A stretch of DNA of 63,432 nt, the filler included, from Reticulomyxa filosa (taxonomy: Eukaryota > Protista > Foraminifera), in assembly GCA_000512085.1 (NCBI GenBank). It is 19 parts of 19 records of this genome, joined end to end, with 100 filler letters (N's around TTAATTAATTAA, not from the genome) between each part and the next. Parts side by side here need not be neighbours in the genome. Positions count along the whole stretch, not along the records: positions 24,715 to 26,370 come from ASPP01018225.1; positions 26,471 to 32,110 come from ASPP01020454.1; positions 32,211 to 37,067 come from ASPP01014252.1; 16 more parts are not named here. One strand, 5' to 3'. The translations under genes were made by a program, and so were the position numbers. Below, piece by piece: positions 24,715-36,042 of this stretch. The number at the start of each line of letters is the position of its first letter. Position 1 is the first letter of the stretch. Below the pieces are notes generated by a model that was not told the DNA's origin, did no database searches, and saw only the letters and a list, made by a program, of their open reading frames with translations.

Positions 24715-25277
24715 TGCTCGCTGCTGCAGTACAGCGACGACTGCTCCTCGTACAGGCGCAAATAGGCCAGGCCCGGCAAGGGGTGGATTTCGGGGATCAC
24801 CCCCACGTGCAGCGTGCCGTCCAGCACGCCCTGCTCGATGTCGCTGGGCACCATCATGGCAATGTTGATGCACACGCCGGGGCCGCGCGCGCTGAGCGCC
24901 TTCAGCGCCTTGGTGACGTGCATGTGCGACTGCGTGACCAGGTTGTTGATGATGCCGATGTTGAGGTCGCCACGCAGCTGGCGGTGCAGCTGGTTCACTT
25001 CATCGCGGAAGTCCTCGATGGCCGACAGCAGGATGTTGGCCGCACGCAGCACTTCGCGGCCCTCGTCGGTCAGCGCAAAGCCGGCGCGGCCACGGCGGCA
25101 CAGGCATACGCCCAGCCGTTTTTCCAGGTCGCCCATGTGCAGGCTGATGGCCGAGCGGCTGATGCCCAGCACGCTTTCAGCGGCCGAGAAACTGCCACAC
25201 TCCACCACGGTCTTGAAAATGCGCAGCAGGCGGATGTCGAAATCGCTCACCTGCCCCAGCGTTACCGGCTTGCTCAT
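24715..25277 (-). CDS. Bacterial LysR-family transcriptional regulator (BauR-like; 3' truncated)
   Basis: Starts MSKPVTLGQVSDFDIRLLRIF, with HTH 'GSFSAAESVLGISRSAISLHMGDLEKRLG...LTDEG'. GC-rich and intronless. Confidence 0.95.
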
Positions 25278-25406
25278 TACGTTAATCATCCGCAAACTGA
25301 AGTTTGGAAATATTGTATTTAACTTGCGCGAATGGCAAGTCATCCTTAACGGAAATGGCGCACACTCGCGCTATAAAACAACTCATCCACCACACACCCA
25401 CCCTCT
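25278..25406. promoter_or_regulatory. Divergent promoter region with candidate LysR boxes
   Basis: Dyad CAAACT-GA-AGTTTG (25293-25306) and dyad ACTTGC-N7-GCAAGT (25322-25340), the latter containing T-N11-A (25325/25337). Confidence 0.55.
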
Positions 25407-26370
25407 ATGGCACAGACCGTCTACGAACGCCTTCCGCCCAGTGCGGACACCATCCGTCATGCCCTCGCCGCCAGCAAGGCCACGCCTTTCTGGCTGGACG
25501 ACGTTGACCGCGGCCCGGCCGCACCTGCTTGCAGGGGGAGGTGCGCAGCGCGCTGCTGATTGTCGGCGGCGGTTTTCTCGGGCTGTGGTCGGCGCTGATG
25601 GCCAAAGAACGCCAGCCGGGGCGCGACGTGGTGCTGCTGGAAGCCGGCCGCGTTGGCCAGGCGGCGTCGGGGCGCAACGGCGGCTTCTGCGAAGCCAGCC
25701 TGACCCACGGCGAGGACAACGGCCTGAAGCGCTGGCCGGAAGAGTTTGCCCAACTGGAAGCGCTGGGCTTGGACAACCTGAACCAGCTGGAAGCCACGCT
25801 GACGCGTTACGGCATCGACTGCGACTTCGAACGCACCGGCGTACTGGAAGTGGCGGTGGAACCGTACCAGGTGGCACGCTTTGACGGCGAAGGCTGCCTG
25901 GACCAGGCCGCCATCCGCGCCGAAGTGAACTCCCCCACTTTTCTGGCCGGCCACTGGGACCGCGACGGCACCGCCATGATCCACCCCGGCAAGCTGGTAG
26001 CCGGCCTGGCACGCGTGGCGCGCCAGCTGGGCGTGCGCTTTTTCGAACACAGCGCTGCAACTGGCATTAGCCACCAAGGCGAGCGGGTGCGCGTCGACAC
26101 CGCGCAGGGCTACGTGCTGGCCGAGCGGGTGATTCTGGCCACCAACGCCTTCCCGTCGCTGCTGAAGCGCTACCGCTGGCACACCATCCCGGTGTACGAC
26201 TACGTGCTGATGACCGAGCCGCTCAGTGCCGAACAGTTGGCCGCCATCGGCTGGCAGCACCGCCAGGGCATTGCCGACGTCGGCAACCAGTTCCACTACT
26301 ACCGGCTGACGCGCGACAACCGTATCCTGTTTGGCGGCTACGACGCCATCTACCACCTGGGCGGCAAGAT
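25407..26370 (+). CDS. Bacterial FAD-dependent amine/amino-acid oxidoreductase (DAO/PuuB-like; 3' truncated)
   Basis: Starts MAQTVYERL...PFWLDD, then one indel near 25528, then '[10 protein letters not shown]', '[10 protein letters not shown]', '[10 protein letters not shown]', 'VILATNA' and '[14 protein letters not shown]'. Confidence 0.9.
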
Positions 26371-26509
26371 NNNNNNNNNNNNNNNNNNNNNNNNNNNNNN
26401 NNNNNNNNNNNNNNTTAATTAATTAANNNNNNNNNNNNNNNNNNNNNNNNNNNNNNNNNNNNNNNNNNNNAAAAAAAAAAAAAAAAAAAAAAAAAAAGAG
26501 TCAAACCCC

Positions 26510-27103
26510 CTTTGCACGTGACAGTGTCCCAGGCGTGAGACCAAGCATAATTGCAATAGTATTCGCCATTTTGCAAATACCAAGAATACTCTTTGTTTGA
26601 CATTTCATGTGCTCTTAAGTATGCTAATGCCCACCTGGTGTTCATTTTTTGTTTGAAAATATTTCGTTAAATGTAGTGTATATGTGCTTTATTATTATTG
26701 CAAAGAACGGAGCTTTTTTTTTAATTTACCATTGGGGATCGTCATAATAACCAATACCAGTTCGGTTATATGGCGCTTGGTAAGCGAGCACTTTGTCGAT
26801 GATGGAGACTAAGTACTGCTTGTTCTCTGGAAGATCGTTCGACCACATCACGTAGTTCACCAAGGCCTCAATTGTGTTTGCCGTATTCCACCATCCTTGC
26901 TTGGCCCAATTCAGTGAAACTGGTCGGTAATATACATTTTGCAGATCTTGGATTGCTCGGCACGCTGTCAAACACACTGCATTGTCACTCCCGCAAAATT
27001 GGAATGTTCCTTCATCACATACCAAATAATCATTCGCGCTCAAAGTCATCCAGAAGAAACAAAGCAGAAGCAAGAAGCGAAACATAGCGCTAATGCTCAT
27101 CAT
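26510..27103 (-). CDS. Secreted glycoside hydrolase family 76 (alpha-1,6-mannanase-like), 5' part
   Basis: Signal peptide, 'GWWNTANTIEAL', catalytic 'YYDDPQW|WALAYLRA' joined across an intron, and 'WDTVTCKGGL'. Confidence 0.85.
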
Positions 27104-27462
27104 TTAATTGGGTCAAAATGGCAGACACAAATTTTTCGGGGAAAATTCTTCTTCAAAAACCTTTTGATTTTTTAAAAACTGTGTCTTGTTACAAACTAAT
27201 GATAGAAGCTTGTTTTTCTTTAAGATAACGACATGTTGTTCTCTTTATTTTTATTCTCCTCAATTGTAGTATACCGTTTTCATAGATGTTGGCAAACTTT
27301 TTTGTCTAAGTATTTCATTAAACACACAAAAATGTGCTTTCAGTCATTTTGTCGTAAAATCCAAGTAAAAAAAGGAAATAAGCAAACAATGACGCAATAT
27401 GACGACACACAATGCATAACCAGCAATAAAGCCTGCAATTTAATTTTCAGCTGTCCAGGTAA

Positions 27463-30400
27463 ATGAAAGGACCTCAAGATTTTCGTTCGGAACAAGAGCA
27501 CATATTTGTGCCGTCACAAGCAGAACGGAATGTAGATGCATTTGACTTGGAGGTAAAATATGGACAACAAATCCAAGCCCTGAAAGAGCAAAATGAATAT
27601 CTGCGATCATACGGTATAAAATATTTAATTTACCCGTTCAAAAAAAAAAAAAGAAAGAATAAGTTAAAAAACAAATTTTGCCTCATAAAGCATTAAGAAT
27701 CGAATCAGAACTCGGAATCTTCCAAGCACGATATCCTGAAGTATTGTCAGATATCCAACAACGAGTGCAGCCCAGTAACAATAATGAGCCAAACACATAT
27801 ATGAATGGGATGGAAACAATTCATGAAATGCCGCCTTGGATAGCCTCTTCCAAATACATGTCTCCACTGCTCGTGGCTTATGACAATCGAATCGACGAAT
27901 TGAAACAACAGATCCAACAATTTCAAAACGACACATTGGAACTACGAAAAGACTGTGAAGCACTTGCTCAAAGAAATACATTATTGGAAAGGCAAATCAA
28001 AGACAAAATTGAAGCTGCCACAGAAAAGTTGAATGTGGTACGAATGGATCACAGTTTTGCTTTGGTGTGTTTTTTTTTAGAAATGTATTTCAATTCTTTT
28101 TTTTTATTTTACCAAAAATAAAATAAAAACCAAAAAAAAAAAATGAAAGCTGCACTAGGCTCAGAATCGTCGTCACTAATTCGTGAAATGAAAGAAAGAG
28201 TTGACATTTTGTTGGAACAAAATTCTCTTCTCCGAGAAACTGAAGTATGCATTATTTAAAAGAAAAATTGTCCATTTTGTTTGTTTTGTTATTTCGCTGA
28301 CGTCATCATATAAATTTTTTTTTTTTTTTTTTTTTTGCAAGCATCGATGGAGAGAAGAGTGCAAGAAACTGCAACAGACAGTAAAGCAACAAGAGACAGC
28401 AATCGAACTGCACAAGGAAACACTTGCGAAAGTAAGTGAGCTAACAGCTACAAATGAGCAGCTGTACTCTCAAATTGAGAAATTACAGCAAACCATCCAC
28501 ATGAAGGACGAGAAAATGAAAGAAACCGGTTTGCATATAAATCACAACAGCAACAAAATAATGGAAATGACGCAACAATTGGAACACGTGGAAATAAACA
28601 TAAAGATGTTATTGCTCAAATGGAACATAACAAATTACAATTGCAAGTGTGTCCGTTTTTTTCAGTAACATTATTACTGTCATTATCTAAATACGTATAA
28701 AAAATGCAAATTTGAAAAAATTTGAAACACCAAATAAATAGCAAGAATGTCAAAGGCTAGAAAAAGAAGTAATGGAAAGCAAGGATCAAAATAGTGAGTT
28801 AACAATTCAAATGGCGGAATTGACAGAATTGAGTGAATCGTTGAACGAGCAAATTGCAAAACGTAACCAAGAGATAGAAACAAATAAGACAGATATGAAG
28901 GGATTGTTGGTGTCGTTGGAAAGTGTAGAGCAATTGTTGACACAATACAAACAAAGGGAACTAACGACAATGCAATCGCTGAATGAGGAAAGACTCCATG
29001 CCCAACAATGTGAGTTGGACAAAGAGAGATTCAAACAACGCTATGAAGAAACTAAAAAAGAACTAGACAAAGCTATTGAAACTTCGAAAATGCAGATTCA
29101 AGAATTGAAAGAAAAAAATAAAGAAAATATCTCTAAAGTTAAAAAAAAAATGCATATGTACACATAAAAAAGATGACAATCCTTCTTACAATAAGTACTC
29201 TCTTTTGTGTAGATAGATGGCAGCAAAATACGAATCTCTTGAAGGCTCATTACAAAAAGACATTGAATCACACATTTCGAAGAGGTCAAAGTTACAAAAT
29301 GAAAACGATTTGCTCAGGCGCAAAAACCAGGTCAGTGAAAATGATATTAAGCAGCTGCAAAAACTCAATCAAGAAGTATGCCATAAATTAAATGATGAAG
29401 TGAATTCGCTGAAAGTTAGTCTCACCCATACAAATGGTGAGAATTTGCGCCTAAAGGAACAGTTATCATTTCTTATTTTTATATTGCTCAGATCATCTAA
29501 AAAAATATAAAGAACACTTGTGTTTGCTACTACTGACAGATCAGAACGATTTCTCAAAGAATTGAAAAATCTTAGACAAACTTGTCAAAAGGATCGAAAA
29601 ACCTTTGACGAACAGTTGGAAGAACTGAGGCGATCATTGGAAGATAAAGAATTATCTCTCATTCAATGGAAAGAACAGCTGCGACACAAAGAAGAAACGT
29701 TGGAAAAATTAACTACTCAAAACGAAACATTAGATAAAAGATTACGCGAATTAGAAATCCAGGCTAGACAACAGTGTTCTCGTATTTCGAGTGAGTATAA
29801 TACATAAATAATTTTTGCTTTTTTCTTGATCAACATAGACCAAACAACAACTTTGTGATCAAAAGCAGCGATTTCAATCTGAAATCGAACATTACAAGAC
29901 GCAGTTAAATGAATTACAAACCTTGCACGAGCAAAGTGAAGTCAAAGCTTCTGATCTTCTAAAAGCACAAAATGCTATGTCCCAAAGGTAAGTAACATCA
30001 CGGGAATTAAATTCATAAAATAATTTTTTGTTGCTTTCTTTCCTTAAAAAAACAACTGAAAGATGGCGAAATGAAAATCGTTCAACGATTTTGCAATTCC
30101 AAAAATCTTTGCAAGAGCTAAAGCAAGAAAACGTATCTTTGCACAACCAAAATTTAAAACTGACACAGCAGGTTTCACAAATGTTGCAAGAAAAAAATCA
30201 AGCCCTTTCAGAAAACAAGATGTGCAAGCAAGTTAGGCTACAAGTTGTCTATCAAAAGTATAGTTTGCCTTTGTGAAAGCACAAGCAAATAACACACGAC
30301 AACACTTTCAGGAAGCGGCAGTGTTGCAGGAAAAGCAGAGGAGCAAAAAAAAGAAGTCGAAAAAGCACATCAAGAAATGGAAATAATTAAAAAGTCGGAA

Positions 30401-30589
30401 GGAATGTTAGTAGAACAAAACAAAAAATTGCGTCGTGATTTGGATAAAATTGAAACCGACGCCAAAAGGTGGCAAAGGCAAGCTACATTTGCAACAAAAA
30501 AAGCAGAAGTAGCCATGTTTCAGCAGCTAACACAGACCAATGGTACAAATGGTTTTGCTATTGACAAAGGCCTTTTGCAAGTGAGTTGA
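27463..30589 (+). CDS. Long coiled-coil protein with CEP89-like motif; multi-exon
   Basis: 'MPPWIASSKYMSPLLVAYD' resembles CEP89 'PPWLLDIKYLSPLLLAYE'. The rest is heptad-rich across many exons. Confidence 0.6.
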
Positions 30590-31132
30590 TTTTAGATCTG
30601 CATCATCTCCACACATTTTGAGGGTTGTGTTGTAAGTTTAATACTTATGAAATTGTGGTAAATAGAGTTCAGAATCGGGTATATTTGATGGAAAACAAGA
30701 GCAAGAGTGAGCTTATGTTCAAAAATTGTTTAATTATTGCAACTTTTGATGTGAATGCAAAGAGTTTATGCATGGGTTTTGTTAACAATTGTTTCGGAGC
30801 TTGAGATTTATTTTAACAACTATGAGATATTCAGCTTCTTGTAGTCCAAAATCTTGCACGATATGAAAGAGAGAATTGTTTACAATTTTAGAGTGATTCT
30901 TTTATTGAATGACAAAAACACCTTTTTGGTAATAATAATAGCATTCAAACAAAGTTCGAGAATCAAAAATGAGAAAACCTGGCTAGCACCTAAGCTGCCG
31001 TTTTTCTATATTTGGACTGTTTTTTCTTTTCCAAGCAATGAATGCAAAAAAAAAAAAATAGTCCCATGAAATAGTTCGTTCTTGTGAAGAACTAACTATT
31101 ATCGCTTTGAGTCAAGTGGTTTGTTTGAAACA

Positions 31133-32030
31133 TCATTTTTGAAGCTCTCTCAAATCTTGCATTTGCCTTACATTATCTTGTCGTTGCAGCACGTCAGTTT
31201 GATTGCTTGATGTGGTATCGGCTGTGACAAGGCCATTAGCACTTTGGTTTGTGAAATGGATTTTTTTACATTCCGACTGATGAACTTTATCCCAGTGATC
31301 TTTTCGACAGTTGTCCGTGCAATACCAGACTTCAGAACAACTCAAACAGCGAAGTAAATTCTCACGGCTGTATATTTCAATCACACCGCAGTTAAAGCAT
31401 TGTTGGATATCCAGCCATCCACTTCGTGTGGGATCGACTTCCAATATCACGGGTTTGACTCTTGCATAACTACAATATTCCATCAGATTGTCATTTTATT
31501 GTTTGTTTTGTTCGAACAAAGAACCAACAAAAAAAAAAAGATAAACTTTTGTTCAATTTCTTTATCCGTGTATTTGTTAATCAAAGGTAGCGTGTTTATT
31601 TCAGGCAATGAGACTTTTGGAGTTTTGGTGGCATCAGCATCGGTGCTAGTTTTATTGGGTTTCGGCTTGGGCTTTTCGGTGGTCTGTTGCTTGGCTTGGT
31701 TAGACTTGTTGGGTTTCCCTCCAACTCGATTGCCACCTTTGTGGCTATTCACGCTCTTTCCGCCTTTAAAGTAGGTTGATTTTTGTTTCGGCTTTGGCTT
31801 AACTTTGTTTTTTTTTGTGCTTGATGTTGCTTTTGACGCTCAATTTCCTGCTGTTGTTTGCGGTGTTCCTCTCGCGCCGCATTTCTATTTTTACTTTTGC
31901 CTTCGTTATCGTTTGATATATCCTCTGAGTGCAATACATAATTGCTGTCATTCGATTGTTGCTTCAAATGCAATGTGACGAGACGTTGCACCAACTTTTT
32001 GATGTGTGGAATTACGTACCTTCAAAGGCC
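31133..32030 (-). CDS. MYND zinc-finger protein, 3' part
   Basis: 'CFNC...LRCLSCSEVWYCTDNCRKDHWDKVHQSEC' is a MYND finger. Confidence 0.85.
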
Positions 32031-32871
32031 GCAATAAACAATATTGCATTTGTTTTGTTTTATCAATGGAAAAGAATACATATAGATAAATATATATACA
32101 TATATATATANNNNNNNNNNNNNNNNNNNNNNNNNNNNNNNNNNNNNNNNNNNNTTAATTAATTAANNNNNNNNNNNNNNNNNNNNNNNNNNNNNNNNNN
32201 NNNNNNNNNNATTATTTAAATTCACGACTTTCAAGCTCTTTTTTCACAAATACATTTACATGGAGTTTCTATTTTCCGAAAGTATAGTGTTCCTACAAAA
32301 ATTGTTTGAATTCTATATCACCAGAAGAAATGGTCAATGATTGAATATTTGTCGATATACTGTATTTGACTTATTCATCTGATATTTTTAAAAGAAATAA
32401 AGCTGTTATTTGTGATAGAATTTTGAGATCTTTAAAATGCTATAATGAATGCGGTCTTGAGTTAACAAATGGAATTATAACAATCGTTGAATTACGAGTT
32501 CTTTTGTGTTTGACCAAGCACAAAAATTAATGCTTTTTAGGAACGTATCCAAACATAATTTTTTTGAGACTCAGCCAGCCTAAGTCAATATCAGAGATAT
32601 CCCGTTTTTATATTTGTTATTTGTGATCTGTTTGAGCAAATAAAAGAAGAGTTAATTGAAATAATATATTCAAAAGTTTTTTTGAACTTGTTTGGATTAT
32701 GGAACGAGCTAGCACAAAAGGTGGAAAGGCAAAATATAGAATTATTGTACAAATTTTAGTAACTACTGTGCCTTTTCTTCCCTTCCATTTCAAAATTGGA
32801 ACACTGATTACTTTTCCAAACAAGAAGCAAAAGCCCGCACGCCATTCATTGCATAAAATCAGCAAAAGGAT

Positions 32872-34340
32872 TTATTTGTTCCCGTTTTGGTTGTCATGCG
32901 TGTCAGTGGATAACACAGCAAAAGGATTATTCGAGGGGTCTGAGCGTTTGATGCTACCCATACTACTGAAAGGGTCTTCGAGGGCAGTAAAAGGGTTTGA
33001 TGACTTTGGTTTGTCTTTAGGTGCAGGTTTTGCAAATGGAGCATCCAAAGGATCTCCAAGATCTTGAAAGGGATCTTCAGCTGTTCCATTGATTGGTTTT
33101 CCCCCAACCAGTGTATGCAGTATCCAAACACGTATCCTACTTAGCATGCTTTTTTTTTTTAAGAAAAAAAAAAAAAAAGATTCGATTAACCATCATTTTG
33201 AGGCGGATTGGGTTTAACAGGTTGAAATGGTTTGGGATTAAATGGCTTTGGCTTGATTGGAACAGGATCGCTTTCGTTTTTGAAAAAGACACCATTTTTT
33301 GGAGTGATTGGATTTATCGAATCAAACATTGCATGTTTCGGAGATGCGGTGGGTGTTTCTGCACAAACGTTACGAATACATTAAGCATATTCAAATCCAT
33401 CAAAAAAGGGGATCATCATCATCAACAACAACAGCAACAAAAAACATACACACAAAATGTACACGTTTCAAAACTTGCGCCTGGTTCTTTTTGATTGTCC
33501 GCATAATCGAAATGAGAACGACTATGGGTCGGAGATGCATTGCCATTGTCGTTGTAGTTGTTGGCATCATTGTTTGGATCTAACTCGATACCAAAAGAGT
33601 AGGCAACAGGTGCATCGGCGGGGTTTTCCACGTGATATACGGGAGAAATAGCCTTACTTGTTTGATTCATTGGATGGTTGCCCTGTCTCTTCATGGCATT
33701 GTAACTGTCGATACTGTTGTTCATCATAGTGGGAACAACGTTGTTTGCCTTTGGGTTATACTTATTATTATTATTATTATTATTATTATTGTTATTAATA
33801 ATCATTTTATTGGCTTCAGAATTGCGGCGATTACTTTCAATGTAATAGCTATCTGCCTTTGTAGGTGGTACGGCATTTATGAACAAATCCAAGATATCGC
33901 CTGACGCTGTTTTGGGAGCTTTATTGTTTGTGGAAGGGGTAGAAGAGCTAAGAAATGATAATAGGTCATCCTCTTGTGCAGGCTTGGCTTTATCCATGGG
34001 CCGACCACTCGATTTCGGATTGGCCACAATGTTATTGTTTTTGTTGGCGACTTTTCCTTCGTTCTCCTGTTTGCTTTCGTTCAGGTTGTCATCAAGTCCC
34101 AGCAGGTCAACATGTAAGATTTGTTTTTTGCTCGATTCACGATGGTTGTGAGATCGTTTCTTTTTCAATTTATTGGTTATGTTATATGCATTTTTTTTTT
34201 TTTTTTTTTTAATGTACGTATACGTATACACATATACGGCAAGAATAGAACAGATATTCATATGTGAACTCGCTGTGGTGGTGGAAGAGCAGCATCGTTC
34301 TCTTTACTCTCATTTTTGCTATCGTCCTCATTATCATTCA

Positions 34341-34380
<40 letters not shown>

Positions 34381-35197
34381 TATTATTTTATTGTTGTTAT
34401 TGCTATTGTTATTATTATTGTCGTTGTCATCATCGCTGTCACTATCATTGTCATTGTCGCTATCACTTGCATTATGTTTGGCATTAGCGTCACGCCGCGA
34501 ATTTTGTCGCTCGGCGTCTTCAACCATTTGGGCAACATTTAGCACCTCTTCAAAACGTCGCTTTTTGCCAGCAGCCAGGTCTTCGTAATCATTGAGCACT
34601 TGAGTAATCAACTCAATAATCCCAAAGGCATGCATGATGTCAGTGTCGTTGATATTTGCACTCGACGCAATTTTCTCCACATTTTGTTTTTCTATTTTCA
34701 CTGTTTCGATTAAATCTTGGATCAATGTGACTGAACGCAAATTTGTGCTCACTTCACTGTTGTTGATCACTTCATACAAAAATACTGCTGTTTCCTTTGT
34801 TGTTGTTGTTTCCCAACAAAAAAAAAAAAACAAAAAAAAACCCAAGAGTTTTTTACTTTATTGATTTGTTTGTATCAACAAAAGTAAAAATAAAAAATAT
34901 ACGTACATACATATGCATATATATATATATATATGTATGTACATATACACATATATGTATACCTGAGCTTGGCTAAGCCCAGGATGTATGACTTTAGGTA
35001 TTTTGACAACGGGTCGAATCATAGGTAAAGTTCGGTCAATGAGGGCATATCTGGAATCAGTTGTCTTTGTCTTTGGTATGGATCCCATTCCACTAAAGTT
35101 TTGAGAGGAGTCCATTTGTGCAAAGATCTTCAAGTCTTCGTCTTTCGTCGGCTCAGGGAATCGAATTCCTTTGTTTTTCAATGCCTGTTTTTGTTTT

Positions 35198-35235
<38 letters not shown>

Positions 35236-36042
35236 AAAAATAAAATATGACAGCAGGGTACAAATTGTAATGCACGCAAGGGAATTGCTGAAATTGACAA
35301 GTGTGCTCACAAACTATTACTTTGTAAGTAAAATGAAAAATGGGAAATAAATTTGTGTCTTGGTATGCGTCGTTCAACATTCGCAATAACAGTAATGCCT
35401 TATCGATTGTTTGGGCTCGTATGTGATCTTTGTTGATCACCACTTCTTTTTTGAATGCCAGTCTGCAGTTCCATTGTTTTCATACAAAGACAAACAATCA
35501 ATTAATCAATCAAACGGTTACATTTACATTGCGCTTTAATCGATATGTTGAGGATGGCTAACATATAACTTTTTTGCTGTGCCTTTCCAAAACCCATCTT
35601 TTCTTTGATTTAATGCGACTTTGACAAGGTACCTCATAAAGTCACGTTGTGCAATTGCGCCATGAGAAGACGGACAATTCTTTATCACTCCCTCCGTCAA
35701 TGTCAATGCAAGAATTTCTATTTCCGGATTTTTTGTTTTTAATAACAACCGAATTTCTTGTACTGCAAAACTACATAAATGAGGATTGCTGTGTTTCATT
35801 TTATATTTTTCGTCGCCCCCCCCCCCCATCACCCTCTTTTTTTAAAAAAATCCTTCTAACAGGTTGTTTTTGTATCCAAAAAAAGAAAAAAACTGGTTCA
35901 ATTCATCCACAATTTCCATGTTTTTGCTCCAATCCGGACTACTGCGAAATTCGCTGCATGCGTCTTTGATTTCTTCTGCCAACTTCGATTTTTGAGCCTC
36001 GAGGGTATTGTTGCGAGCTTTCACTTGCTCTCTTGCTGACAT
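32872..36042 (-). CDS. TOM1-like VHS-GAT endosomal adaptor; multi-exon
   Basis: VHS ('PDWSKNMEIVD', 'LALTLTEGVIKNC', 'ALKNKGIRFP'), GAT helices at ~34570-34810, and a disordered tail with LLGLD, DLLSF, DPF and NPF motifs. Confidence 0.85.

Noticed and set aside
24783-26356. Overlapping ORFs in the bacterial contig
   Set aside because: High-GC shadow frames of the LysR and oxidoreductase genes.
34173-34588. Poly-Tyr/Ile/Leu ORFs
   Set aside because: Antisense readings of the (AAT)n poly-Asn tract in the TOM1-like gene.
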